Positions 50,901-59,463 of a stretch of 64,000 nucleotides of DNA are shown here, piece by piece. A model generated the notes under the pieces. The model was not told the DNA's origin. It saw nothing but the letters and a program-made list of their open reading frames with translations, and made no database searches. The translations under genes were made by a program, and so were the position numbers. Within the stretch, counting starts at the first letter, position 1. Every line of letters begins with the position of its first letter. The DNA comes from Gammaproteobacteria bacterium (GTDB lineage Bacteria > Pseudomonadota > Gammaproteobacteria > Eutrophobiales > Eutrophobiaceae): assembly GCA_963422205.2 (NCBI GenBank), contig CAXMWX010000005.1, positions 416,001-480,000 of the forward strand, written 5' to 3'.

Positions 50901-53900
50901 CCCATGTGTGGCGGCATCCCTGACCGCATCAGGGATGTTGCCCGGGGCGTCATTGGCAGACCGATCTGCCGTGTCGGGTGCTGGCCTCATCTCAGGTGCT
51001 GCCGACCTGTCCGTGGCAACGGGCGGGGTGTCGACAATCGGGGGCGCCAGCTCGACAACCGGAGGCGTATCGGGCTGGATGCCGAGCTGCTGCTGCTGTT
51101 GGGTGATAAGTTGCTGAATGGATTGCTGTGCTGCCGCCTGCCCTTGCAGGTATTGTTGATGCAATGCCGCCGTTTGCTCCTGCATCTTTTGCAGGGCGAG
51201 AATGCTCTGCTGGGCGATGGGCAGGGCGCTGTCGGGCGGTACGTGATCCGGCTGCGCCGTCATCGGCAGGTGCGGGGAGGCATCAGCCTGCATCCCGGTG
51301 CGGGTGCCGTGGTCACTCACTGGCCGGGCGGGCGGGGCCTGGGGTGGCTGTGGCGGGGGAGTTACGGGGTCACGTCGGGGCCGCGGGTTGACGTGATTGG
51401 CGCCGCTGACCGTCACCGTCATGGCAGGTTTTTTCTCATTCACGCAGCGATCAAGATAACCTGCATCCCATGGCGTCAAATCCAGGCTGAAGCCGGCCAC
51501 GCTGAGGCGTGCCAGCAAACAGGCCAGATCATATTGGCCGTGGCGGCGGCCCCTGGAGGCATCCAGGGCGATGGCCTGATGCGGCTTGTCGGTCAAAATG
51601 GCCTTGACCAACGATGTCAGGGTATTGCCCGGCCCGACTTCAACGAAGGTATCAATGCCATCGGCGTACATGTTTTCGATCTGACTGACGAACTCCACCG
51701 GCCTTGCCAGTTGGCTGGCGAGTAACTGCCTGGCGGCATCGGCATCCGCCGGATACGGTCTGGCGGTGGCGTTGGCAAAGACGGGCATATCGGCCTTGCC
51801 AAATTCAACATCCTGCAGATACGCAGCGAATGGCCTCTCTGCCGCGGCCACATAGCTGCTGTGAAAAGCCGCCGCCACCGGCAGGCGGCTTGAGCGAATG
51901 CCGCGTCGGGTCAACAGCGCCTCGGCCTCGGCAATCGCCGCCGTGGCGCCGGACAGGACGACCTGGGCCGGGGCATTGTGATTGGCGATGATGAGATCCA
52001 GCGGCTCGGCCTCCAGCATCTCGTGCAGCACGGCGGCGGATGCCGAAGCCGCCAGCATGGCGCCCTGATCATCCTGCTCGCCAACATTGGCCTGCATCAG
52101 CTGGCCGCGCTTGTTCGCCAGCCGAAATAAATCCTGGCGACTGATGCGCCCGGCGGCATACAAGGCGCTGAGCTCGCCAAAGCTGTGCCCTGCCGTGGCA
52201 TGGAACGGCACGGCAAACCGCTGCAATACGTCCAGGGCGCCAATGCTGATGGCACCGATGGCCGGCTGGGCATAGCGAGTGGTACGCAGCTGCTCTGCCT
52301 GCTGTTGTGCCGCCTGTTCGGTAAATACGGACGGCGGATAGATCACATCTGACAGGTAATCGGTTACATCACATTCCCGGCATACTGCATTGGCCAGTTC
52401 CAGAGCCTGGCGCAACTGGGGAGATTGGCAGGCGAGATCAAGCAGCATATTCACATACTGTGCGCCCTGGCCGGGGAACAGCAGGGCCAGCTTGCCGTGC
52501 TCCCCGGTGTGGCTGAAACAGATCCCGTCCGGGCGATGCCATGCAGGTTCATCCGGCGGGCGGGCCAGTATCTCGGCCGCGGCGGCCAGCGTTTGCTGAT
52601 ACTCGGCGGTACGCTCCATGACCATCGCCAGGCGGCAGGGCTGTTGTGCGTCAAACCGGAGTAACGAGCGGGCGGCCACGGCGCGCAACACCGGCCAGGC
52701 AACTGTCGCATCAATATCGGCCAGTTGCTGTTGCAGGCTGTTGATGCTCTCCCCTGACAAGGCGAGCAAGAGCACCTCGCCATCCCATTCAATCTCCGGC
52801 TTGCTCTCTGGCGCCTCTTCCAGCACACAGTGAAAATTGCTGCCGCCAAAACCGAAGGCACTCAGTGCTGCCCGACGTGGCTGGCCGGTCTTGTTCACCC
52901 ACGGACGCTTGCGGGCGTTGACATACACCGGCGCACTGCCGGGCTGAAGCTGTGCCAGCGGCTGCCTGACCTTCAGCGTGGGCGGCAGGACGTGATGCTG
53001 CAAGGCCTTGATCAGCTTGATCATACCGGCGATTCCGGCGGCCGACTTGGTATGGCCGATCATGGATTTTACCGAGCCGATCGCACACCAGCTGCCGCCT
53101 GCATCCATCGGGTGAGGACCTTGGGCCTCGGCCTGCCGATAGACGCTGGACAGCGCCTCGATCTCCACCGCATCGCCGACTTTGGTGCCGGTGCCGTGCG
53201 CCTCAACCAACTCGATACTGCGGGGCGAGACGGCCGCCTCGGCATAGGCACGGCGCAGCGCCTTGCGCTGACCGTCCGCACTGGGAGCATAAATGGCATG
53301 ACCCCGACCATCGCTGGCCGCCCCTATGCCCTTCAACACGGCATAGACCTTATCGCCATCACGTTGTGCATCCGCCAGCCGCTTGAGCACCACCACGCCC
53401 AGGCCCTCGCCCAGAATGGTGCCATCACCTTCGCTGTCAAAGGGCTTGGCATCGCCCGTGGGTGACAAGGCCGGCGTCTTGCTGAAGCACATGTACATGA
53501 AGATATCGTTAAAGGTATCCAGGCCGCCGGTAATCGCCATGTCAGCCCGGTTCGTGTATAACTCCATCGCTGCCATGTGTACGGCGCTCAGGGAGCTGGC
53601 ACAGGCAGCATCGACCACGCAATTCGTACCGCCCAGATCAAACCGGTTGGCAATCCGGCCAGCCGCCACATTGCCCAAAAGACCGGGGAAGGAGTTCTCC
53701 TGCCAGGGAACATACTGCTCGCTGATGCGCTGCACCACCTCCTCGGCGGTGGCGGGATCAACGCCAGCCTCGGCCAGGGCGCGGCGCCAGAGGGGATGCC
53801 CCAGACGGGCGCCCAGCGGGATCACCAGTTCCAGCGTGCCAGTCACCCCCAGGATGACGCTCGTCCGGTCGCGGTCAAACGGGCGCCCATCGTGGTTCTC

Positions 53901-54266
53901 CCTGCTGGTGGCATAGCCGGCATCCAGCAAGGCCTCTCTGGCCACCACCATGCCCAGCAGCTGGGTGGTGTCTGTGGCCTCAATATTTGTCGGGCTTAAA
54001 CCATAGCGCAGCGGGTCGAAATCAACCGGATCAAGGAAGCCGCCGCGGCGGGCATACGTCATATCGGGAACGGCGGGGTCGGCAGCAAAATACTCCGCCG
54101 GGTCCCAGTGGGTTGCCGGGATATCCGTGATGGCATCCACGCCTTCACGAATATTCGTCCAGTATTGCCCGACACTGGCGGCCTTGGGAAACAGGCAGCC
54201 CATGCCGATGATGGCCAGCGGCACGCCCCTGACTGTGGCTTGTTTGCTGTGCTGTTGTGCGCTCAT
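47931..54266 (-). CDS. pfaA: PUFA synthase PfaA/Pfa2-type subunit (KS-MAT-ACPx2-KR-DH)
   Basis: WQENSFPGLLGNVAAGRIANRFDLGG, DAACASS, AT GHSFGE, two ACPs LGIDSIKRVEIL, KR GGARGVT...DYAAAN and DH HHVINGRAVLP. Confidence 0.93.
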   Translation of the reverse strand: MSAQQHSKQATVRGVPLAIIGMGCLFPKAASVGQYWTNIREGVDAITDIPATHWDPAEYFAADPAVPDMTYARRGGFLDPVDFDPLRYGLSPTNIEATDTTQLLGMVVAREALLDAGYATSRENHDGRPFDRDRTSVILGVTGTLELVIPLGARLGHPLWRRALAEAGVDPATAEEVVQRISEQYVPWQENSFPGLLGNVAAGRIANRFDLGGTNCVVDAACASSLSAVHMAAMELYTNRADMAITGGLDTFNDIFMYMCFSKTPALSPTGDAKPFDSEGDGTILGEGLGVVVLKRLADAQRDGDKVYAVLKGIGAASDGRGHAIYAPSADGQRKALRRAYAEAAVSPRSIELVEAHGTGTKVGDAVEIEALSSVYRQAEAQGPHPMDAGGSWCAIGSVKSMIGHTKSAAGIAGMIKLIKALQHHVLPPTLKVRQPLAQLQPGSAPVYVNARKRPWVNKTGQPRRAALSAFGFGGSNFHCVLEEAPESKPEIEWDGEVLLLALSGESINSLQQQLADIDATVAWPVLRAVAARSLLRFDAQQPCRLAMVMERTAEYQQTLAAAAEILARPPDEPAWHRPDGICFSHTGEHGKLALLFPGQGAQYVNMLLDLACQSPQLRQALELANAVCRECDVTDYLSDVIYPPSVFTEQAAQQQAEQLRTTRYAQPAIGAISIGALDVLQRFAVPFHATAGHSFGELSALYAAGRISRQDLFRLANKRGQLMQANVGEQDDQGAMLAASASAAVLHEMLEAEPLDLIIANHNAPAQVVLSGATAAIAEAEALLTRRGIRSSRLPVAAAFHSSYVAAAERPFAAYLQDVEFGKADMPVFANATARPYPADADAARQLLASQLARPVEFVSQIENMYADGIDTFVEVGPGNTLTSLVKAILTDKPHQAIALDASRGRRHGQYDLACLLARLSVAGFSLDLTPWDAGYLDRCVNEKKPAMTVTVSGANHVNPRPRRDPVTPPPQPPQAPPARPVSDHGTRTGMQADASPHLPMTAQPDHVPPDSALPIAQQSILALQKMQEQTAALHQQYLQGQAAAQQSIQQLITQQQQQLGIQPDTPPVVELAPPIVDTPPVATDRSAAPEMRPAPDTADRSANDAPGNIPDAVRDAATHGQAFFARLLLEVVAEKTGYPVDMLSLEMSLDTDLGIDSIKRVEILSALQERLPAMSKIQPEQLGTFQVLAHIVEYLATDDDLAAPPPAPASTPPPVEAAVADMTWQATMLEVVAEKTGYPPEMLDVDMHLDTDLGIDSIKRVEILSALQERLPAAPAVAPEDLASLQTLRQIIDYMQAAGPATAADARVDAALTEPSPEPSPGPSSELSAGQSVGQSLYRCPVTLVELDDKAGQPLILAADAPLCITDDGSRLPRQLAAQCHAAGINATIIAIDEHPAMPTGGLIILTPPAADAAFIEAGFALMQAVNSEHLQLLVGITRQGGRFALTGSLSASAHSAGISGLIKTADKEWPHVHCKVLDLPADVGETLRERLLPELLTAGPLEVGLTEQHRYAIALRSEAVSASASRLPVFAPGDVVVVSGGARGVTAEVAIALAEQFKVNLLLLGRSELPAKEPDWLQDVNDAAAVRQAIILRQTDASPAIAEKTCQAILAAREIRHNLERMREGGVTVSYQAVDVRHGEAVAACIDKARAELGPISGVIHAAGVLADKLIEDKTAEQFQDVFSTKVAGAEALLRATANDALKAIVMFSSSSARFGRRGQADYAAANEVLNKLAQQQRRQRPSCRVLSLNWGPWDGGMVTPALKQLFASEGVEVIGLRAGAAYLLDELGSKADEVEIVISGSAPAPAYLSEQEQAPAATEAGGLRLAFERLLTVKDYPVLAHHVINGRAVLPAALIAEWLIHGAIHANPGLRFAGLDDLQILKGVTLTGAEQRPLQIMAGTEQGIGDVRYVPVELCSGNRRHARASIILGSQPATNTDHRLGAITGDYALSWPAYYANGQLFHGPLLQSVTEVLACSDTGIQGCAASAPPPSAWMAQPIRSSWYADPALLDAAFQLMILWSFAHSGRGCLPTRIGRYRQFQQRLPRAGVSIISEIVSASEGTARANIEFLDEGQQVIARLDEYECVIDESLNAAFARNTLDKQASLSS

Positions 54267-56017
54267 AGAAGATACTGCTCCAGTTGTGATGGCGTTAATG
54301 GTCTTATCTGCGAAGCCTGCCCGGCCAGCCGAACCCCCTGCTGGCGTAATTGCGTGATACGCATGGCAAGGGCGGCGCCATAGATGAGGTTGCCAGCGAC
54401 TGTCACCACATCGCGGTTCTCCATCTGCTGCAAGAAGCTGCCCTGTGTCCATTCATTGAACGCTCCCATTGCCGGGCCGCACCAGATTTGATAGTCGATC
54501 TGCCGGTCTTCAACGCCAGTATTTGCCCAGCGCGAGGACAGCCCCAGATACCAGCGAAACACCAGCGCCATCCTGTGCCTGGCATCCGTGCGGGCGCGTT
54601 GCAGTTGCGCCGGGTCACGCGGCTGGAAAAAATCGCAGGTCTGACGCCAAACCTCATCCACAGAGCAACGGAAGATCGTCTGCTCAATATTCTGCCTGTC
54701 CTGTGCCGGGATGGCCTCCAGAGAATCGTAGGCACGGTATAGCTCATACAGGCGATTGGCGCGCATGGCGAACAGGCTGCCGCGCTTTAACACCTGCAAC
54801 TTCACGCCCAGCTCAAACATATCCACCGCTGGCGCCATCACGACATCGGCCGGCCCGGCCGCCGCCAGCATGTGGCGCACCCGATCGCTGCTGCCGGATT
54901 CACGACAGCCCTGATTGATCGTGCCGGTCACAATATACGCAGCGCCCATGGCGAATGCTGCTGCCGCCGATACCGGCGTGGCGATACCGCCCCCCAGGCC
55001 GACGCAGAGCGGCTGCTGATATCGATACTGATCCTGCAAACGATCGCGCAGGGCGATGATGGCCGGCAACAGCGCAAGGGCCGGGCGGTTATCGGTATGA
55101 CCGCCGGAATCGGCCTCAACGGTCACATCCTCGGCCATCGGTATGGCCCTGGCCAACTCGGCCTCGGCCGCCGTCAACACGCCCCTGGCGAGCAGCGCCT
55201 TGAGGTGTTTGTCCGGCGGCGGGCTGAACCACTTCTCGGCCACTTCCAGACGCGAACACTTGGCGATGATGCGGTTGGGCGTGACGATCCTGCCTTGCGT
55301 ATCTTCATGGATGCCATGCACACGGTACTGCACCACGGCGGCGGTCAAGTCCATATAGGCGGAGGCCTCTATCAGGCGCAGCCCATTGCCAAGGTAGCAG
55401 TTGACCACGGCCTGCTCCTGGCCGGTCTCGTTCGGGCTGAAGATGAGGTTAGCACAGAAGGGCGTATCGCCCAGGGCGGCCTGTAATGCCTTGATCGACT
55501 CATCGATCCTGACAACATCCAGGCCAGCCGCACCGAAGGAGCCCAGCAAGCCCGCCCTCGCCACGGCGACGACCAGCTCGGTTGAGGCGATGCCGTTGGC
55601 CATGGCCCCGGTCATGTAGGCGAAGCGAATGCCATGCCGCCGGCAAAAAACCGCATCGCCCAGGGCCCGGGCCGAGGTGGGCGGCAGAGCGGCCAGCAAC
55701 GGCAAGGCGAGTTGATCGGCCTGACCGGCGGGCAGGGTCTCATGCGGCCTGTCCTTACCGTCACCGCCCAGCCTGGCCGTGCCGGACGAACTGAAACACA
55801 CCTGCCCGGCCTGCTCAACGGCGAACACCGGTTTATCCAACGGCATCAACACGCCATACACCTGCCCGATCTCGCATAGATCCGCCGGCCTGCCCACCCA
55901 GCGACCCCATGCCCGACTCAATAGCCCGGCGCCCGGCTGGTGCGCTGAGGCAGATGACATCGCCGGGGCGGCGACATCCTCCACACCGAGATCGATTAAA
56001 TCGGAGACCGTACTCAC
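54263..56017 (-). CDS. pfaD: PfaD/Pfa1 enoyl reductase (start codon uncertain)
   Basis: YMTGAMANGIAS, EASAY, EADSGGHTDN, VFRWYLG and DYQIWCGPAMGAFNEW; stop overlaps the pfaA ATG. Confidence 0.92.
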   Translation of the reverse strand: MSTVSDLIDLGVEDVAAPAMSSASAHQPGAGLLSRAWGRWVGRPADLCEIGQVYGVLMPLDKPVFAVEQAGQVCFSSSGTARLGGDGKDRPHETLPAGQADQLALPLLAALPPTSARALGDAVFCRRHGIRFAYMTGAMANGIASTELVVAVARAGLLGSFGAAGLDVVRIDESIKALQAALGDTPFCANLIFSPNETGQEQAVVNCYLGNGLRLIEASAYMDLTAAVVQYRVHGIHEDTQGRIVTPNRIIAKCSRLEVAEKWFSPPPDKHLKALLARGVLTAAEAELARAIPMAEDVTVEADSGGHTDNRPALALLPAIIALRDRLQDQYRYQQPLCVGLGGGIATPVSAAAAFAMGAAYIVTGTINQGCRESGSSDRVRHMLAAAGPADVVMAPAVDMFELGVKLQVLKRGSLFAMRANRLYELYRAYDSLEAIPAQDRQNIEQTIFRCSVDEVWRQTCDFFQPRDPAQLQRARTDARHRMALVFRWYLGLSSRWANTGVEDRQIDYQIWCGPAMGAFNEWTQGSFLQQMENRDVVTVAGNLIYGAALAMRITQLRQQGVRLAGQASQIRPLTPSQLEQYLL

Positions 56018-56283
56018 AGTGAAAACCCAAGCTACTGTTTTATATACCCTTTTATTTGTTTGCTTCGCCTGATGGCGATGCCCGGGCCAAGCCGTAAGCA
56101 AGCCAACTGAAAACCCGGCAGCAGCAGCATCGTACAGCATTCGCCAGCCGGCCTGCCATGCTGCCGTATTATAACGCAGGTATCCAGCAACTTTATGCCA
56201 TTGTGCGTGATTTGTAATTGTTTGCTTAGCATGAGCGAAACAACATACACTTAGGCAACACGGCAATGATCTGTAAGGTGAGT

Positions 56284-57939
56284 ATGGACAGAGTCTGGCA
56301 ACAACACTATGCCGCCGGTACGCCGGCTGAGATTGATCCGGATGCGTGGGCATCGCTTGTCGAACTGCTGCAAAACCGCATCCGCCGGTTTGCCGACCAA
56401 CCCGCCTTCGCCAATGCCGGCAGCCAGTTAAGCTATGCCGAGTTTGATGAGCATGCCCTGGCCCTGGCCGCTTACCTGCAAACCGAGTTGGGTTTAAACA
56501 AAGGCGAGCGCATCGCCTTGATGATGCCCAACATCCTGCCCTATGCCGTTGCCCTGTATGCCGCCTTGCGGGCCGGTCTGGTGGTCGTCAATGTCAACCC
56601 GCTGTACACGCCGCGCGAATTGCTGCATCAGCTAAATGATGCCGGGGCCGGTACGCTCATCGTCTGGGCGGATGTGGCAGCCACCGTGGCCGAAGTCATT
56701 GAGCAAACCGCATTAACCACCGTGATCATCACGCAAACCGCAGACCTGCTGACCATGGAACTGCCGCCAACGGCGGTCGATGTACGCCTCGGCCAGGCCG
56801 TCAAGACGGTGGCGCTCGCTGATGCCTTGATGAGTGGCGGCGCACGGCGCTTTGCCGCACCTCGGCTAACGGGCGATGATCTCGCCTTTCTGCAATACAC
56901 GGGCGGCACCACCGGCGCATCAAAGGGCGCCATGCTCACCCATCGCAACATCATCGCCAATATGTTGCAGGTGTGCGCCATGTTTCAGTCCGTCCTGCAA
57001 GAGGGCGAGGAGATCATCATCACCGCCCTGCCGCTCTACCACATCTATGCGCTGACCTGTAACTTCTTCGCCGGCATCCTGTTCGGCGGCCTGAATGTCC
57101 TGATCACCAACCCGCGCGACTTGCCCGGGCTGGTAGCCACCTTATCGCGCTGGTCGTTCACCTACATGACCGGCGTGAATACCTTATACAACGGCCTGCT
57201 ACATACACCCGGGTTCGCCGAGCTGGATTTCTCAACGCTGCGGCTCTGCTCTGCCGGTGGCATGGCCGTGCAGGGCGCCGTGGCCGACCGCTGGCAGGCG
57301 GTGACCGGCTATGTGCTGACCGAGGGCTATGGCCTGTCGGAGACCTCGCCCGTGCTGACCAGCAACCCTGTGACCATCAGCCAGCACAATGGCTCCATCG
57401 GCCTGCCCGTGCCATCCACCGATATCCGCATCGTTGATGAGGCGGGCAAGGTGCTGGCGATTGGCGAGGCGGGCGAGCTGTGCAGCAAAGGCCCGCAGAT
57501 CATGACCGGCTACTGGCGCGATGCGGCGGCGACTCAACAGGCAATGACGGCGGACGGCTATTTTCGCACTGGCGATATCGCCCGCGTTGATACACGCGGA
57601 TTTTTCTACCTGATCGATCGCAAAAAAGACATGATCCTGGTGTCCGGTTTTAATGTGTACCCGAATGAGGTTGAGGAAGTCATCGCCGGCATGGAGGGCG
57701 TGCTGGAATGCGCCTGCATCGGTGTGCCGGATGCGCGCTCAGGCGAGGCGGTGGTCTTGTATGTCGTCAAACAGGCGGAGGCTGAATTAACGGCCGATCA
57801 GATCATCGCCTGGTGTGCAGACAAGCTGGCCAGGTATAAAACCCCGCAACGCATTGAGTTCACCGATGCCCTGCCCAAAAGCAATGTCGGCAAGATCCTG
57901 CGGCGGGCATTGCGCGAGCAAGGCGACAGCACAAGTTAA
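56284..57939 (+). CDS. fadD: Long-chain-fatty-acid--CoA ligase
   Basis: LQYTGGTTGASKGA, EGYGLSETSP, TGD, DRKKDMILVSGFNVYPNE and KSNVGKILRR. Confidence 0.92.
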   Translation: MDRVWQQHYAAGTPAEIDPDAWASLVELLQNRIRRFADQPAFANAGSQLSYAEFDEHALALAAYLQTELGLNKGERIALMMPNILPYAVALYAALRAGLVVVNVNPLYTPRELLHQLNDAGAGTLIVWADVAATVAEVIEQTALTTVIITQTADLLTMELPPTAVDVRLGQAVKTVALADALMSGGARRFAAPRLTGDDLAFLQYTGGTTGASKGAMLTHRNIIANMLQVCAMFQSVLQEGEEIIITALPLYHIYALTCNFFAGILFGGLNVLITNPRDLPGLVATLSRWSFTYMTGVNTLYNGLLHTPGFAELDFSTLRLCSAGGMAVQGAVADRWQAVTGYVLTEGYGLSETSPVLTSNPVTISQHNGSIGLPVPSTDIRIVDEAGKVLAIGEAGELCSKGPQIMTGYWRDAAATQQAMTADGYFRTGDIARVDTRGFFYLIDRKKDMILVSGFNVYPNEVEEVIAGMEGVLECACIGVPDARSGEAVVLYVVKQAEAELTADQIIAWCADKLARYKTPQRIEFTDALPKSNVGKILRRALREQGDSTS

Positions 57940-57948
57940 GGGGATAAG

Positions 57949-58338
57949 ATGAGCGCACCTGTCAGCGGCTTGTATGCGGCGCTCAGCGGCGTGCTCATCG
58001 TTGCGCTGGCTTTTCAGGTGATCCGTGTGCGGCGAAAGACCGCCACCGGGCTGGGCGATGGCGGGCATGATGAATTGCGGCGCGCCATGCGCGTACATGG
58101 CAATGCCATCGAGTATATTCCCGTTTGTTTACTCCTGCTGCTGCTGGCGGAGCTTAACGGCATCCAGGCGCCGTGGTTACATGCGGCGGGCCTGCTGCTC
58201 ATCATCAGCCGCCTTGCCCATGCCCGGGGCTTGAGCAAGTCGGCCGGCATCAGCCCCGGACGCTTCCTTGGCATGGTCGGTACGTTTACTGTCATCATAG
58301 GTTTAGCTGTGCTGAATCTGCTGGCATGGATTGCATGA
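57949..58338 (+). CDS. MAPEG family membrane protein (YecN-like)
   Basis: GDGG..L.RAMRVHGNAIEYIP...RLAHA.G. Confidence 0.88.
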   Translation: MSAPVSGLYAALSGVLIVALAFQVIRVRRKTATGLGDGGHDELRRAMRVHGNAIEYIPVCLLLLLLAELNGIQAPWLHAAGLLLIISRLAHARGLSKSAGISPGRFLGMVGTFTVIIGLAVLNLLAWIA

Positions 58339-58469
58339 TGGCAACTGCACAGCAAGCTGGCCGGCAGGATCAGCACGTGCAACTGACATGGATTGCGGCA
58401 GCAGCACAGCCCTGTGCATCATGAGATAAAGATGAGGCATCTCATCTGCACGGGTAAACTCAAACCATC

Positions 58470-58931
58470 ATGCCCAACCTGCTTATCATCGCACACACAC
58501 CTTCCGCCAACACCCAGGCACTGAACGATGCTGTCATCAAAGGCGCACAGCATGAAGAGATAAAGGCGGTTACGCTGCGGGCGCTGCCCGCCCTGAAGGC
58601 GACTGCCGAGGATGTACTCTGGGCTAACGGCATTATCCTCGGCAGCACAGAAAACTTTGGCTACATGAGCGGTGCCATAAAAGATTTCTTTGAACGCATT
58701 TACTATCCCTGTCTGGAAAAAACCGAAGCGCTGCCCTATGCCTTGTACATCCGCGCCGGCATCGACGGGCAGGGCGCCCTGATGAGTATGGAGCGAATCA
58801 TCACCGGCCTGAAATGGAAGCAGGTGCAAGAGCCGCTGCTATGCAAGGGAGAGTTCAAACCGGCACACCTGCCCCTCGGCGAAGAGTTCGGCATGACGAT
58901 GGCAGCGGGCCTGGATGCCGGTATTTTCTAA
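58470..58931 (+). CDS. Flavodoxin family protein
   Basis: HTPSANT, LGSTENFGYMSGAIKDFFERIYY and RAGIDGQGA. Confidence 0.85.
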   Translation: MPNLLIIAHTPSANTQALNDAVIKGAQHEEIKAVTLRALPALKATAEDVLWANGIILGSTENFGYMSGAIKDFFERIYYPCLEKTEALPYALYIRAGIDGQGALMSMERIITGLKWKQVQEPLLCKGEFKPAHLPLGEEFGMTMAAGLDAGIF

Positions 58932-59189
58932 GCAGCGACATAAGCGAAATTCGGCAGGGGAAAATAGAAAAGCAGCAGATGAATCGGCTGCCTGACATAT
59001 TGGGTTTGAACTACATTTCGGATTATACTGTAATAATGACGACATAATATTTAGAGTATTTACCTGATTATTTTCAGATAAGGGTTGCCGGCATTGACGG
59101 GAGTCGTGAGCGACGCCGCTTGTTATTTTATCAAAGATCAGTCGCTTTGTCGTACTAATAGCCTGAATACATCACCACCAGCTTTTCCA

Positions 59190-59418
59190 ACTGAAAGCGC
59201 ATTACCACGATAAATATTCGTTAGCGATGTCAGTAGAGAGTTTTAAGAAGCAAGCTGAAAAATACGAGAATGAAATAGCTTTCGAAACCTTTAATCATCT
59301 CCTGTTCAATCCGGCGGATCGCTTAACGGAAAAAGATATATTAGACGATCATCCAAGCCCACTCATGAACTGGCTGATGGACAAGCTCGGCCTTAATGCG
59401 AAGGGAGAAGGTGGTTAA
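59190..59418 (+). pseudogene. AT-rich 3' remnant of an unknown protein
   Basis: HYHDKYSLAMSVESFKKQAEKYENEIAFETFNHLLFNPADRL reads like a C-terminus; the upstream sequence is interrupted by stops. Confidence 0.35.
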
Positions 59419-59463
59419 GTCAACGGGAGATTATAACACTCTAACGAAAAAAGGCAGCGCATA

